Part shown: positions 1 through 12,744 of the stretch, one piece after another
How the letters are laid out: each line of letters starts with the position of its first letter
Position numbering within the stretch: position 1 is the stretch's first letter
NCBI RefSeq assembly: GCF_018977255.1
Contig: NW_024704742.1
Location: 1,180,001 to 1,244,000, forward strand
DNA: 64,000 nt
Direction of reading: 5' to 3'
DNA from: Callorhinchus milii
Lineage: Eukaryota
Made by a program: the position numbers and the translations under genes
Notes under the pieces: generated by a model
Told to the model about the DNA's origin: nothing
Seen by the model: only the letters and a program-made list of their open reading frames with translations
Databases searched by the model: none

Positions 1-66
1 CAGTAATCGGATGTTTTGTCAAGGATGTTTTGGCCACTCAACAGATAACTGACTGTGAATATTTAC

Positions 67-3000
67 CCTTTCGGAAATCCAGGTCTTTGTGGTAAGTTTC
101 TCAAATACGTTCCTGGCTGTTTCAACATCAACACTCAGACAGTCACTTCCAATTCTGCTATGATCGCCATTACTAAAAAGTAACAAAGGAACACATCAAT
201 ATTTTCGAATTCAGCGTTAACAGAGGACAATGCGATTCCAGAAAAAAAATCACCCGCTCAATGACCTCATCCCCTTCATTTCAGTGCCCATCACATTCAT
301 CGCTGACCTGTGTTTTCTCAAACAATTCAATAATAGGGAACCTCTCATTTCCCACATCTCCAAAAATTATGATATTTGCAATGAGCTGCATTTTTCGGTA
401 ATATTATCCGGCTAAAGTGATGGCTTCCAAACCGCATTGATACAAACCTAATAGCTGCTTCCCCGATGACACGGGGTGGTGGGGGTGGGGGGGGTGGGGG
501 GGAAGGGTGTGAAAGCACCACTTGACGTGGTATGTTTTGGGTTAGGTCACTTGGTCTGTGACGAGTTACACAGAGAAAAATGTGTCATTCGGGATTTGGG
601 GATGGGAGAAGAAAGGAAGTAAATGATCCAAGGTTCCTGTTCCCGACCAATGTTCAGCAGTGTGCTTTGTCTTCCGCAATCGATTGCCTTCCAGCACTGA
701 CTTCCCGGGCTCACAAATGCACAAGGGTTATTTGGGTCAGAGAACTGCCAGAGCCGACGGAACTGTACCACAGCGTACGTCACTTGCTTCACGAGGGGGA
801 GGAAATGAGACAGCAAAACGTTTACAGTGAATCAGCTTAGTATGACCGACATGCTAATCTATCAACTGATCTTTAAAGCAGGGCTCCTGGTCTTTACTGC
901 TGGCAGAAGAGAGACAACGATGGGAAACCATTGCCGCTGGCTCGAAAATGCGGCTTCCAAACAGGTAGGGACCTGGGAAAACTCTCGGCCTGGATTGAAG
1001 TTTACGGGTTGGTTCCTGAAGCTGTTCTGGGAAGAGCAGGGGACACCCACAGTCAGTGACATTGCTGGAGCAGCCTTTAGCAGGCAGGCGGGGCGGGCGG
1101 GAGCCTTCTGTCGAAAAAATCACTTCCTTTTATTGAAAAATACACAGTATTTTCCCATGGCTGCCTTGTCTGAAATCTGCTTAACAGCCTCCTTTAATCC
1201 GCAACGAGCAGCTTCCAGGAAACTAAAGTTCAAAAACCCAAATTCTGCATGATCTCAAATTTTAAGTCGCGAGGGCCACGAGAAATTCCAGGCCCTGGTG
1301 GTTGTCTAAGCACGGGTGGAAGAGATAGCAATGCATATCGGACCAGAATATCATACGGTCTGCTGCTGTATTTTACAGTTGATTACAATTGATTTAGTAT
1401 CTCAGTTTACGGTTCCACTCACCTTTGCTTCAGAAAACTTGCAATGAGACACGAGCAGGACGAAAATATTAAATCAATCTCACTCTCGCTGGAAAAACAA
1501 AAGAATATTAACCGTAAGTAAAAAATATTCCTCTTTTAAGAATGCGATATTCTGTGATACATTTTGACGATCAGTTATGATGAGAATTAAGACTCCAACA
1601 TACTAAGCAATGACTGAGTGAGTGCCACTGGCTCCCCATCACCGAATGGATTGACTTCAAGATCCTCACACTCGTGTTCAAATCCCTTCACTCCCTGGCA
1701 CCTCCCTCCCTCCCTCTCCGACCTCCTCACTCCCCAATTCACCACCCAGCACCTCCGCTCGACTGGCACCGGCTCCTCCTCATCCCTCACACCCTCCGCC
1801 CCACCATCGGAGGTCGCGCTTTCAGCCGCTACGCCTCAAAACTCTGGAACACTCTCCCTCAATCCCTTCGCCTTGCCCCATCTCTCTCCCCTCTTTCAAG
1901 TCCCGCCTGAAAACCTTCCTATTCGACCGAGCTTATGGTCACCATCCCCACCCCCACCCCCAGCTCAGAATCAGGCTCCTCCACTGTTAAGCGCTCTGAG
2001 ACGCTACCCTGCATGGAGGGCGCTATATAAGTGCAAGTTGTTGTTGCCTGCCTGCCAGACAGACAGACACGCACATACCCACACAGAGACTGTTATCCGA
2101 CATCTCACACTGAAAAAGTTTCAGCCCAAAGTACAATTGGGACGTTTTATACCTCTCTAAAACTTTTGAGCAATTTTCTTTATGGCGCGTGCTTGAAAAT
2201 GTGGAAGAATATTTCTGAAACTGTGCATTAAGAATGGTAACAAACAGCAGCAATATAAATTGTAATTTACTAACCACTCGGCGTTATCTACATCATCCGC
2301 ACAGAGCCATTTATCAACAACTGTCTCTTCAATTCTGGCAATCTGTCGTGTTCTGTCAGCACAGCGGAAGTCATCAGGAGGCACAGAAGGCTGAAATGCA
2401 AATAAAATAACTAGACATTACAGTAATTAATAAGTTTCCCACTGCTTCTTCAGATAGAACCACCTTACTTACACCAATGCCCTGCTTACCAGACTCCCAG
2501 CTCTTCCCCACACAAACTTCAGGCTATCCATAAATCTGAAGCCCATGTCCAGGCTCTTTGAGCCTATCCCCCCCATCCTAGCTGGGTTCCATCGGCTCGT
2601 TTATCCCCCAGCAATTCAAATTTAACGTCCTTTAGATCCCTTTGCATTCTCACACCACCCCACATCTTCAACCTCCCACAACCTCGTAAAACCCTATACT
2701 GCCCTTGCCCCTCTCTCACTACTTCACTCATGTCCCTCGTCCTGTCTTCCCCTGCCAATGGTGCGAGAGCTTTCAGACATTCTGCCCATTCTGCTCCCTG
2801 ATACTCCATCACGGAGTTCTTCCGATTCCCTCACTCCTTCCCCACGTTCAAAGGCCCCATCAAGACTTTCCTCTTTGACTGCACCTTTCCACTGAATATT
2901 TGGTTCAGAGAAAAACCCAATAGAATAGAGTATAATCATAATAATCGTTGCATTTGAAATAGCGCCTTATCACGTCTTCAAGACGTGTAAAAGCGCTTCA

Positions 3001-6000
3001 CAGAATATACTGTAAAGCGAATTGACTGTTTTGTGGGAGAAATGCGACAGCCAATTGCGCACAACAGCGTCCCACAAGCAGTATTGGATCGAGTGACCAA
3101 TTTATTATTTTTTTTTTGGAAGGAATTATTACCCCCAGAAAAGTGATCCACCAATCAACGAACAACCGGGTTCCTACTTACTGATAGTAAACAGAGGCGT
3201 GTGGAGTAAGGAGACTCGCCAACTTTTCAACCTGTTGGGAATCCAAGCCAGGTCTCTCGCTTGCGAGGCGAGTGCTCTAACCACTGAGCTACAGGACTCC
3301 GATGTCTCTGACCATCGGTTAAAAGCCATTTTAAAACCCAAGGCAATACGCAGCGAAGATTATTACCTGTAATTTGGAGGTCTGAATGAAACTGGCATCT
3401 GCTCCTGCAAAAATCCTTATGACACTGGTACCTTCTGACTCTGCAACAAAAAGGCATTTAAAAAACAGGTGCAAGCCTTTGACTTAACAATTTCTCCATA
3501 ATAATAATAATAACAACAATAAGCATCCTTGCATTGGGGACAGCGCCTTTCACGTCAGAATGACAACCCAAAACGGTTCACATGATTTACTGTGATTGTA
3601 GGCGAACATGCAGCCCAAATGCACATGGGACTGTCCCCGAAGCAGTCATGAAATGAATGACCAATTTTGCCTTCCAATATAGCAAAGGTTCACCTCTTTG
3701 TAACAACAGATCAATAAGCACAGCTTAAGATTGTAGGCACTAACATCCCAAATAAAAGAAGATGTACCCAATCTTGCTAACATCTACAAATCAAACCGGG
3801 GAAACATGAATCCCGTTCTTTTAATTCATTACAGATTTCAACATGAAAAAAACATTCAAAGATGGTTGGGACGTAGTGTTAAACAAAACTGTTGCATGAT
3901 CTTTGAAAACTGTGGGATAACTATGAAACGTACTTTCAGAGATTTGTGTAACACAATTTTTTCTTGATCCCATCTCTCTATTATCGGAAGGCAGATACAT
4001 GTCTTGTTCTCAGGCCTCAGTCAATCATACTCTATAACTAGGTTTTTTTTTAAAAAAATTGTTTTTTTGGATCCTAACTGATAATAATGACTAAATAATA
4101 ATCCTTACATTTGGCATAGCGCCTTACATGTTGGGAGGATGTCCCAAAGCGCTTCACAGGATACAATGTAAAGTGCAGTGACTGTGTCTTTTGAGGGCAA
4201 ATAATACTGGTTTATTTGTGATCTAAAAAAAAATGTTTTTTCAATTTTTACTGACTTTTATTGTTGTTTCAACAACAGAAATGGCTGACTTCTGTGTCGT
4301 CATGACATCTACAAGATCACAGGATTAGTTTGCATACAGAAGGCCTTTTGGCCCATCAGATCTCATCTTTCCAAAACTCCCATCCTAATGTCTTCCCATG
4401 ACAGCGTCAAGCTACTTTTTAATTGAGTCCCAGTGTCCTGGCGCAACCACCTTTCCTGACAACCTGCGACAATCCTTAATTATCCCTGGAGCAAAGAAAA
4501 ACAACAACAACAACAAGATTCCATTTAAAGAGCGCCTTTCAGGTCGGGAGGACGTCCCAAGGCGTCCCAAAACATCCTGGTATCTGCCCCTGAGTGTCAT
4601 TACCAGTAGTAGATGGACTCCAGCGACTGTGAGGGTGTGAAAGAGGATGAATATGGTCACTTGGAGAGTTATTTTCTAATTCTCCTTGAATTCCAAAGCC
4701 AAACGATACAACACGGTCAAGGGATGGAATGTAAGCAAGGGTATGACATCTAAACAAACAGAATTCACAAAACAAGTCAGACCATTTGAATAACGTAGAC
4801 CGCACGCACCCCTGCTATCTAGCAAGCACTCAGTAATGTATACAAGGAACAGGAGGGGCCACAGCATAAATTCCCGAAAACTTAACACCAACCCCTGTTT
4901 TGACCCGTCTCCCCTAATAACTATGCTTAACCTCCTTCCCTTCAGTCAATTCTTGAATCCATGTGCACGCCATGCCCTTGGAACGTATTTGTTTAATACG
5001 CTCGCTTTCTCTCCTGTTTCCTTCTCTTTTTCAAACCTCTTTGGGGCCCTTAATTTATTTGCCCGACTACCCTCTCACTGCTATGATATTGTAAGAATTT
5101 TTGGTAGCTATGTTTTGGGTTTGCCGCTACGTCCTCATGGCTCCCATATTCTTTATTTGGAACCTCGTTCTGTACTGCGTTCAGTCCCGGTGCCTTTCTC
5201 GTTGCAGGTGATATTGTTTGAGATGAGTTCTTAGTCAAATTAACCTCTAATCATAAACCTTTCACTTGATATAGCACCCATAATGTCAGAACGTCTCAAA
5301 GTGCTTCACAGGTAATTGCTCTCAAGGACCAGTGACTGTGTATTTACCGGCAATCCTTTTAATATATGTGTGTTGTGTGTTCCTGTTGGTCACAGTCTAC
5401 AACCAAAGCAACCTCTAAGCCATCACTACCTACCTGCCACAGGCTATCTGGGACACCTCCCCCTGTAATCGCTCCACTCTTTGAAAAACCACTGCATTGG
5501 TTGGAGCATTATACCCCAGCTGTCCATTCTCTCCATTCCCACATGTAAACATGCTTCCATCCTGAAAGATATGAAAAAGTATAATCCTTCTCAAGATCTA
5601 GTGTGACAGTGTCGTTACTGTGTGTGTTCTGTGGGTGAACCCGGAAACGAATATGCGCACAGCAGTGTCCCACAAATAGGTCCAAAGTGAAGGACCAATT
5701 TTATTTGGGGGATTGTTGGCCAGGACACCGAATAAACTCACTTCTCTTTTCGTATAGTGCCATGAGATCTTTAACGTCCACCTGAACAGGCAGGCGAAAC
5801 CTTGCTTTAATGTCTCAAACAAAGGACGGTACCATCCATCAATTCAGCACACACCAGCAGTGCATCAGAGTGTCAGTTCAAACTTCATGAGCTCTAAGTC
5901 TTTTGTGGAATCAAGGTTTTGTTTCATTTGATGAATAAATAAGATGATAAACAGCTCAGCGCTCATGTATAATTTTCGGTTACCGGAGGTGGGCCCTAGA

Positions 6001-9000
6001 TACTGTACATTGGCACAAATAACCCAGCGTTATAATAATAATAATAATCCTTGCATTTGATATCGCGCTTTTCACGTCAGGAGGACGTCCCAAAGCGCTT
6101 CACAGAACACACTGTAAAGTGAATTGACTGTATATTTGTGGGCGAACGCGGCAGCCAATTGCGCACAGCAATGTCCCACAAACAGTCGTGGATTGAAAAT
6201 GACCAATTTATTATTGTTTGGTTTTGGAGGGATTATCATTAGGCTCTGTGTGGAGTAAGGAAACTTGCCCAAGGTTTCGCCCTCTGCCTGGAATTGAACC
6301 CAGGTGTCTCGCTTGCAAAGGCAAGTGCTCTAACCACTGAGCTTCAGGACTCCACAAATAACAGCAATAGGATGTTGCTTGTCCTCTGTGATTCGCCAAA
6401 CAGTACATTTCTAATCTCAGTGGGACTATCAGTCCTTAACCAACACTATCTTCTGGCGGGTGGGAGGTACGCGGAGAGCTAACTAGTCAGTATTTTACTC
6501 ATCGTTAGGTCGGCAATGAATGCTGCCACTGATGTTACTGAGACACTTTACTCATGAGCCTCATGTGCACACAGTCCAATTAGTCAGCGGGAACTTCTGC
6601 CTCTCAGCAACTGTGCGCTCTATACAGAACCGCCGTGTCCATGGCATAACGGGGTCCGACTCTGGAAGAACCATTTAGAATTTTCTTCTTGTACTTTCTA
6701 TCCATTTTTGTGGATACGTGTTGGTGTAAAATGGCTGATTTTAACCCACCGTTTTTAGGCTAAATCGCTTTGTGACCTCCGTCCTGGAAACCCTTTACTG
6801 CGCTAAGGCAGGAAAACAAAACTGTTCTCATCTTAGAAGCACAGTATTTGGTTCAGATTTCTAACTTAGTAGGGACTCAAATCTCAATACACTTTTTGAC
6901 AAATAATAACTAATATTTGCATTTGATATTGCAGGAATTATTATTATTATTATTATTATTTTCATCACCCCGTCGAGACATCTCAAAGCGCTTCACGGAA
7001 TATACTGTAGATTGAATTGACTGTGCATTTTGTCGCCGAATTTTGTACGTGATAAACGTACCTTTGTCAGCAGTGCGGTGTGTTCACCCCCACAAGCGAT
7101 GTACGTGACATTGAGACTCAGACGCTTGAGTGGAGTTACTGAACGTGGAGTAAATGTTTCTGTCAAAACAGTAATTTTGTTGGAATTAGTAACTTGTCCT
7201 GCAAAAAATATCAACAGTTGAGTATCAATAGATAGAGAAACGTGCATTGCTCCGCGCTCCGCTGCGCTCTACCAAACCATCCCGAGCAGGGAAGGCGGGA
7301 GGGAATTGACGAAATGTGTCTTACTCACTCTCTGTGTTGCTGAGCCCCAGTTGTCCACAATTGTTGTTTCCCCAACTAAACACTGCCCCCGAGAGAGACA
7401 AAGCAAAGCTGTGCGCTCCTCCGGCAGCGATCTGAGCCAACGGTATCCCCGACAGAGACGCCACGAGGTTGGGACTCAACTGTGAGTAAAACATTCCACC
7501 GAGACCCAACTGCCCGTAACTATTCTGTCCCCAGGAATAGAGTGCGCCATCTGGAAAACATCATTCAAACATTTTGTAGAGGTTGACAATGCAATTTACC
7601 TTGTGTCTTTCACATCCCTTTGGGGTGGGAGGGGGGTATGGGAGAGTGGCTGTGGGGGTGGAAGGTGGAGGGAGAAATGACCAAAACCACGAACAAAGTG
7701 ATAAATCTGGAGGCGGTGTATGAAAGTGAGGAGGCAGGGCTGGGCCAGTCGGAGGGGCTCCTGGAATGGAGTGCAGAATGCCTTGAAGCTTGCCCGCTGA
7801 TGGTGGACAGTATGGGGGGGTGGTGGGGTGGGGGGGAGGGGGAGGAGACATGTTGCAGGCACAGGTTCGTGGAGCTGGATTGGTAGGGTTGCTGCTGATC
7901 ACAGAGGTTAGGCCATGAGGGTTCGAACACGAGGTCGAGGATGTTGAGTTTGGTTTGTTGGAGGATGAGGACCGGGGCGACGGACTCGCAGGGCATGATG
8001 CGAAAGAGGCCTGGGGTGCAGAGCCCTACACCTCGTGTGGGGAGACCAGCGATAATGCGTGCGACTTGTCGTCTTTCAGGTGACAATTAATGAATTACCT
8101 TCACAGAGAGCAAGAGAGTGGTAATGGCCGCAAGCAACCTGCTGAATCGGAACTCCGAAAGAATTTATTTCCCTGTAAGGCAACAGAAACTCCGAGAAGT
8201 GAGTTCAGAAAACACTCCTTCACACCAATGACATGAAATACACTGCCCAGAAGGCAGGGGGTGGATTTGGTGGGGTGAAGACTTAAAGGATATGGAGAAA
8301 ATGCAGGGAATGGAATTAAAAGTCTGCCACTGATTGACCTCCTGTTCCCTTATTCCCAATATAACGATAACACCTGCATTTGATACAGTGCATTTCACAT
8401 CTCAAAGTGCTTCATAGGATTTGCGGTAAAGTGTAGGAACTGTGCATTTTGTAGGCAAAACAATGCAGACAATTTTGCCGTGAAGCAAATTACCAATCCT
8501 AATTGGGGTATTGTTGGGGTAAAATAACAGCACGTAGAGACGGCAATTAACTCATATTTGTACCTTGGAAGCGAAACACTAACTTCACAATTGCCGTCGC
8601 CCAGTTGTCCATAGGTCCCGGCTCCCCAGGCGAAAACATTTCCCTTTTCGCAAATAGCCAAGGTATGATGTTCACCGCAAGCTACACGAGCAACTTTCGG
8701 TATACCTTGCACCGTCATTCGCTCTGTAAGAATAAGTGGCAGACCCGTGTCATTCCACGTTCATGAACCGCACTACACAAAAACCGCACTGATGTATGAT
8801 CAGCATCAGCATCCAAAGCAATACACTCTACAGAAATCATGGACGTGAGGAGGTTTACCAATTGTGATCCTATTTTGATCATGCTTAGTGCGACTTACTG
8901 ACAATGGATCAATAAATGTATATATTTCAAATACTATAGGAGCCCCTGCCCTTGAAACCTATCAGTGTACTGCAGGTAGAGACGATATTGTGCGCTATAT

Positions 9001-12000
9001 TAACCAATAGCAATCGCAAAAAATCAAAAATGTAAGTTTTGACTTTAAACATTACGACTGTAAAAACATCTGGAGCAAATAACCAGAGAGTAATGGACGT
9101 TTTCAAAATTATAATTAATCTGATAGGGTTAATAGAGAAGGGCTATTTCGACTAATGGATCAACAGATGTGGCAAGAGAAAAAATTAATCCTTTCATTTA
9201 ACATCTTATCACACCGTCAAACATCTCGAGTGGGAGATTGGGTGCCCTGATCTTGACAAGGAATTCACTATAAAACACTTCCCATCCTGCCTATGTAATG
9301 CAGCTTCGATCAGGAGACTGATGGAATTAATCAAGCATTTGATGTAACATTTGATGAATTGGATCTCAAGGTGACAAATGACACTCTGTCTAATCTGTGA
9401 CCAGGGCTCCCTCTGTCTCCTCGTCCTCCTCGATCCCTCTGCCTTCCTTTGACACTGTGGACCACTCTATCCTCCTCCACCGCCTCTCCTCTCACCTCAA
9501 CCTTTAAGGTTTTGTCCTTGAATGGTTCAGATCTTTATCTCTCACACCGATTCCACTTTGTCTCCACAAATGGCTTGTCCTCCAGCCCCCCCACCGTCTC
9601 ATGCGACGTTCCTCAGGGCTCTGTCCTGGGTCATCTCCTCTTCAACCTGTACATGCTCCCTCTTAGTGACATCATCCACATACATGGGGTCAACTTCCAC
9701 ATGTACGCAGATGACACCCAACTGTACCTCTCTGCCTCCACCCTCGACCACAGGACCCACTGCTGTCCTGACAGAATGTCTGTCTGACATCAAGTCCTGG
9801 ATGAGAGCCAACTTTCTACAGTTGAACGTCAATGAGTCCGAGGCTCTCCTGATCGGCTCCCATCAGTGCCTCCTCGTCTCAGGCGCTGACAGCATCACCA
9901 CCCATGGTTGCACACTCCACCTCACCAAACCAGTCAGGAACCTGGGCTTGTTGTTCAACCCTCAACTGTCCTTTCTCCCCCATATCCATGCCATGATCCG
10001 CTCTGCCTTCCCCCACTTCTGCAAGATCACCCGGCTCCGCCACTGCCTGACCCCGCAGACCGCCGAAACTCTCATACATGCCTTCGTTACAACCAGGCTT
10101 GACTGTGCCAACTCCCTGCTTGTCAGCCTTGCCAACGCTTCCCTCCACAAGCTGCAGATCATCCAGAACTCTGTAGCTCGTGTTCTCTCTGTTCAAAATC
10201 CTTGTCCTCCTACCTCGCCGATCTGCTAAGCCCTTATCAACCTGTCTTCTCCCTCCGCTCAGCAGGCTCTGGCCTGCTCCATGTCCCCCACCCGGCCCAC
10301 CCCACCATCGTCGATCGGGCCTTCAGCCTCTCTGCCCCCACCCTCTGGAAATCCATCCCACATTCCCTTCGCTTTGCTCCCTCCGTTGCCTCCTTCAAGG
10401 TATTCCCTCAAGACCCTCTTCTTTGTCCGTGCCTTCAGCCACCCTCGTACCCTCTCTGCCTTCCACCCTCCCTAATCCCACCCCACTACTCCTCCCTCCA
10501 CCCCCCCCACGCACACCCTCAGCTTGGGTTCTAATCCCCGACATGTTCAGGGCCTTGGAACGTGTCAACAAATTGGACGCTTTCGTTTTCTTTTTTTTTA
10601 AGAAAAAACAGGCTATAACGTCACTGCAATAAACTGAAGGCAACATCTTTTCTCCTGATTAAACCCTCCTCGACTGTCCAGGGACTTGGGCCGTACGCCT
10701 GACGTGAAAGGCGCAATACAAAATGTAGTTCGTTGTTGGTGTCGCAGTAGTAGTAGCTGTTGTTGTTGTTGTTGTGGTTGGTTGGTTGGTTGGTTGGTTG
10801 GTTGCTGTTGTAGCAGTTTAGGTTTGGATCAGAGGAAGGAGACCTGCGAATTTAGTGGCATTCTCCTGCTTCGAAATCCTTCGAAATGTCCTCAATTTCT
10901 AGGTTTGGTAATAACACTTTTCTGGTGGGGGTGTGGCGGTGCGTGGTGGGGGGGGGTGGGGGGTGGCGGTGTGTGGTGGGGGGGGTGGGGGGTGGCGGTG
11001 TGTGGTGGGGGGGGGTGGGGGTGGCGGTGGGTGGCAGTGGGGGGTGGGGGGGGTGGCGGTGGGTGATGGGGGGGGTGGGGGTTGGCAGTGGGTGGCAGTG
11101 GGGGGTGGGGGGGGTGGCGGTGGGGGGTGGGGGGGTGGGGGGGGATGGTAGTGGGTAGCAGTGGGGGGTGGGGGGGGGTGTAGGGTGTAAGGGACCAAGC
11201 TGAGAACAACCTGATATATATATATATACACCTGACTGCTCTCTTGGTGGTTGAGACTGATGACCAGTTATATATATTTTGGGGGGGGGGGGGGGGTGGG
11301 GGCTGGAAAAAACCCCTCCAGGCTGTTCCTGAAAGTGAAACCAACTGAGAGAGAGAGAGGAAACGAAACAACAACTGAGTGAAAAGAAAGTGCAACGTGT
11401 GAGTGAGTGTCCAAACACCACCACCACCACAACCCAACCACCAGAGCAGAGATACAGAGCCCCACTGGACACCTGGACAATGATGGGAGACTTGTGTCAG
11501 GAACATTGCCCCCATTCCCATTCCCACCCCTCCCAGGGAAGAAAATGCCCCCAAAAAACACAGCAACAGCAACACCCAGTGCCTTAAGTCAGAAAACACT
11601 CACGATGTCTCTCACTCTCTTTCTATTCTTTCTATCTCTCTCTCTGTCTATCTCTCTCCCTCTCTCTCCACACACACACACACATATATATCGTTTGGGA
11701 TTAATTTGTTTTAAACCCTCTCCACCCCCCAATAAAAATAAATAAATAAATAATCAGGGGCTTTTTTTTAATATAATAAATCAACTCTTTAAATCAACAA
11801 TAAATAAATAAATTCATAAGTCAATCAATGAACCACAAGCCCCAAAATCCACATTAATCACATTAAAAAACTCATTAACAAGTGGGTGGGTTGGGGTGTG
11901 GGGTGTGGGGTGTGGGTATCTTCTCCCCCAAACCCACCCCACCCCACTCACCCCCCCCCCCCCCCCCAGAGAGTTGTGTGTGTGTGTGGGATGGGGGATG

Positions 12001-12248
12001 GGGGTGGGAGGGGGTCCCTTACCTGTGGCAGATGTCCTCACTGCCCTCCCCCCCAGCTGTCCAGGCTGGTGGTGGTCTCCTGGGGAGAGGAGGGTCCCGT
12101 CTCCCAGCAGGAACACCCAATGTCGGGCTCCGCAAGCCACCGCCCGCACCGCCTGCGCCCCCGACAGGTCCATCGCCACCGGGGCTGCCAGGGCTCCATC
12201 TGCCCCGCACCCCAGGAGGGGCTCCACCCCGTGTCCCCAACAATACAT
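67..12248 (-). CDS. Small HERC E3 ligase, HERC5/HERC6-like paralog; 5' part only (11 coding exons, 472 codons), continues beyond the window start
   Basis: Minus-strand exons with AG/GT boundaries: 12248-12023 (MYCWGHG...VACGARH...GQLG), 8723-8564 ([29 protein letters not shown]), 8172-8099 ([16 protein letters not shown]), 7550-7329 ([13 protein letters not shown]...[27 protein letters not shown]), 7159-7062 ([13 protein letters not shown]), 5561-5434 ([16 protein letters not shown]...VSQIACG), 4749-4604 ([17 protein letters not shown]), 3440-3367 ([12 protein letters not shown]), 2390-2275 ([25 protein letters not shown]), 1488-1423 ([19 protein letters not shown]), 172-67 ([22 protein letters not shown]). 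The spliced frame is open and the phases equal those of HERC3 exons 1-11. The IFAG..A.F, IFSS..CL.ASFLK and AR..F.KLT.K.WIS motifs resemble the HERC5/6 branch. Exact orthology is unresolved. Confidence 0.88.
1622..2046 (+). mobile_element. L2 LINE 3' end
   Basis: [10 protein letters not shown]...[19 protein letters not shown], followed by the tail AGCGCTCTGAGACG...GGCGCTATATAAGTGCAAGTTGTTGTT. Confidence 0.75.
2935..3300 (-). mobile_element. tRNA-derived SINE, full length (long subfamily)
   Basis: Head GGAGTCCTGTAGCTCAGTGGTTAGAGCAC (A box) with a degenerate B box; L2-like tail; (ATT)n end. Confidence 0.85.
6032..6353 (-). mobile_element. tRNA-derived SINE, full length (short subfamily)
   Basis: A box and B box (GGTTCAATTCC); near-identical to the copy at 59151-59470. 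Confidence 0.9.
7690..8062 (-). mobile_element. L2 LINE fragment
   Basis: The reverse complement reads like the PHTRGRALH...[12 protein letters not shown] linker region of L2 ORF2; degenerate. Confidence 0.45.
9380..10450 (+). mobile_element. L2-clade LINE fragment (reverse transcriptase and 3' region), frameshifted
   Basis: Translates to [19 protein letters not shown]...[54 protein letters not shown] and [11 protein letters not shown]. Confidence 0.9.
10925..11182. repeat. G-rich low-complexity tract (GGGGGTGGCGGT-like), G-quadruplex-prone on the + strand
   Basis: Dozens of G-runs of 3 or more separated by 1-5 nt loops. Confidence 0.85.
11331..11391. promoter_or_regulatory. ISRE/IRF-element cluster in intron 1 of the HERC5/6-like gene
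   Basis: GAAAGTGAAACC (11331-11342), GAAACGAAAC (11360-11369) and GAAAAGAAAGT (11381-11391) match GAAA-N1/2-GAAA. Confidence 0.6.
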
Positions 12249-12294
12249 GTCCACCCAGTGGGAGAGCCCTGACCGGCTGTGTCCAGGCTGCCCC

Positions 12295-12594
12295 CGGCTC
12301 GGGCTCGGGCTCGGGCTCGGGCTCTGGTTCGGGACTCGGGCTCGGGCTCTGGTTCGGGGCTCTGGCTCTGGCTCGGGGCTCTGGCTCTGGCTCTGGCTCG
12401 GGGCTCTGGCTCTGGCTCGGGGCTCTGGCTCGGGGCTCGGGCTCTGGCTCGGGCTCGGGCTGGGGCTCTGGCTCGGGCTCGGGCTCGGGCTCTGGCTCGG
12501 GCTCTGGCTCGGGGCTCTGGCTCTGGCTCGGGGCTCTGGCTCTGGTTCGGGGCTCTGGCTCTGGCTCTGGCTCTGGTTCGGGCTCTGGCTCTGG
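12295..12594. repeat. Hexamer repeat (GGCTCG/GGCTCT)n just upstream of the HERC5/6-like start codon
   Basis: Directly visible degenerate 6-bp tandem repeat; it generates the PEPEPE/ARARAR/SQSP ORFs. Confidence 0.9.
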
Positions 12595-12639
12595 ATGAAT
12601 GGGTTGTGTTGCTCTTCGTGTTCTGCTGTTCCACTCCAT

Positions 12640-12650
12640 CTCATTGGCTC
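12640..12650 (-). promoter_or_regulatory. CCAAT (NF-Y) box upstream of the HERC5/6-like gene
   Basis: The minus strand reads GAGCCAATGAG, a close fit to the NF-Y consensus, about 400 bp upstream of the ATG at 12248. Confidence 0.4.
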
Positions 12651-12744
12651 CAAACTCCAGGTTCCCACCCACAGCACAGCCCAGAAACCACAGCCCAGAA
12701 ACCACAGCCCAACACTGTCACCACTGTAACTGTTATCATGGCAC

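Noticed and set aside
987..1294. MITE bounded by GGCCTGGA/TCCAGGCC
   Set aside because: Only an 8-bp inverted match, with no TSD and no second copy to support it.
9449..10534. Functional reverse transcriptase gene
   Set aside because: Frameshifted, 5'-truncated and internally deleted L2 copy.
10686..11745. Gly/Pro-rich ORFs
   Set aside because: They come from G-rich low-complexity intron sequence and show no domain signal.
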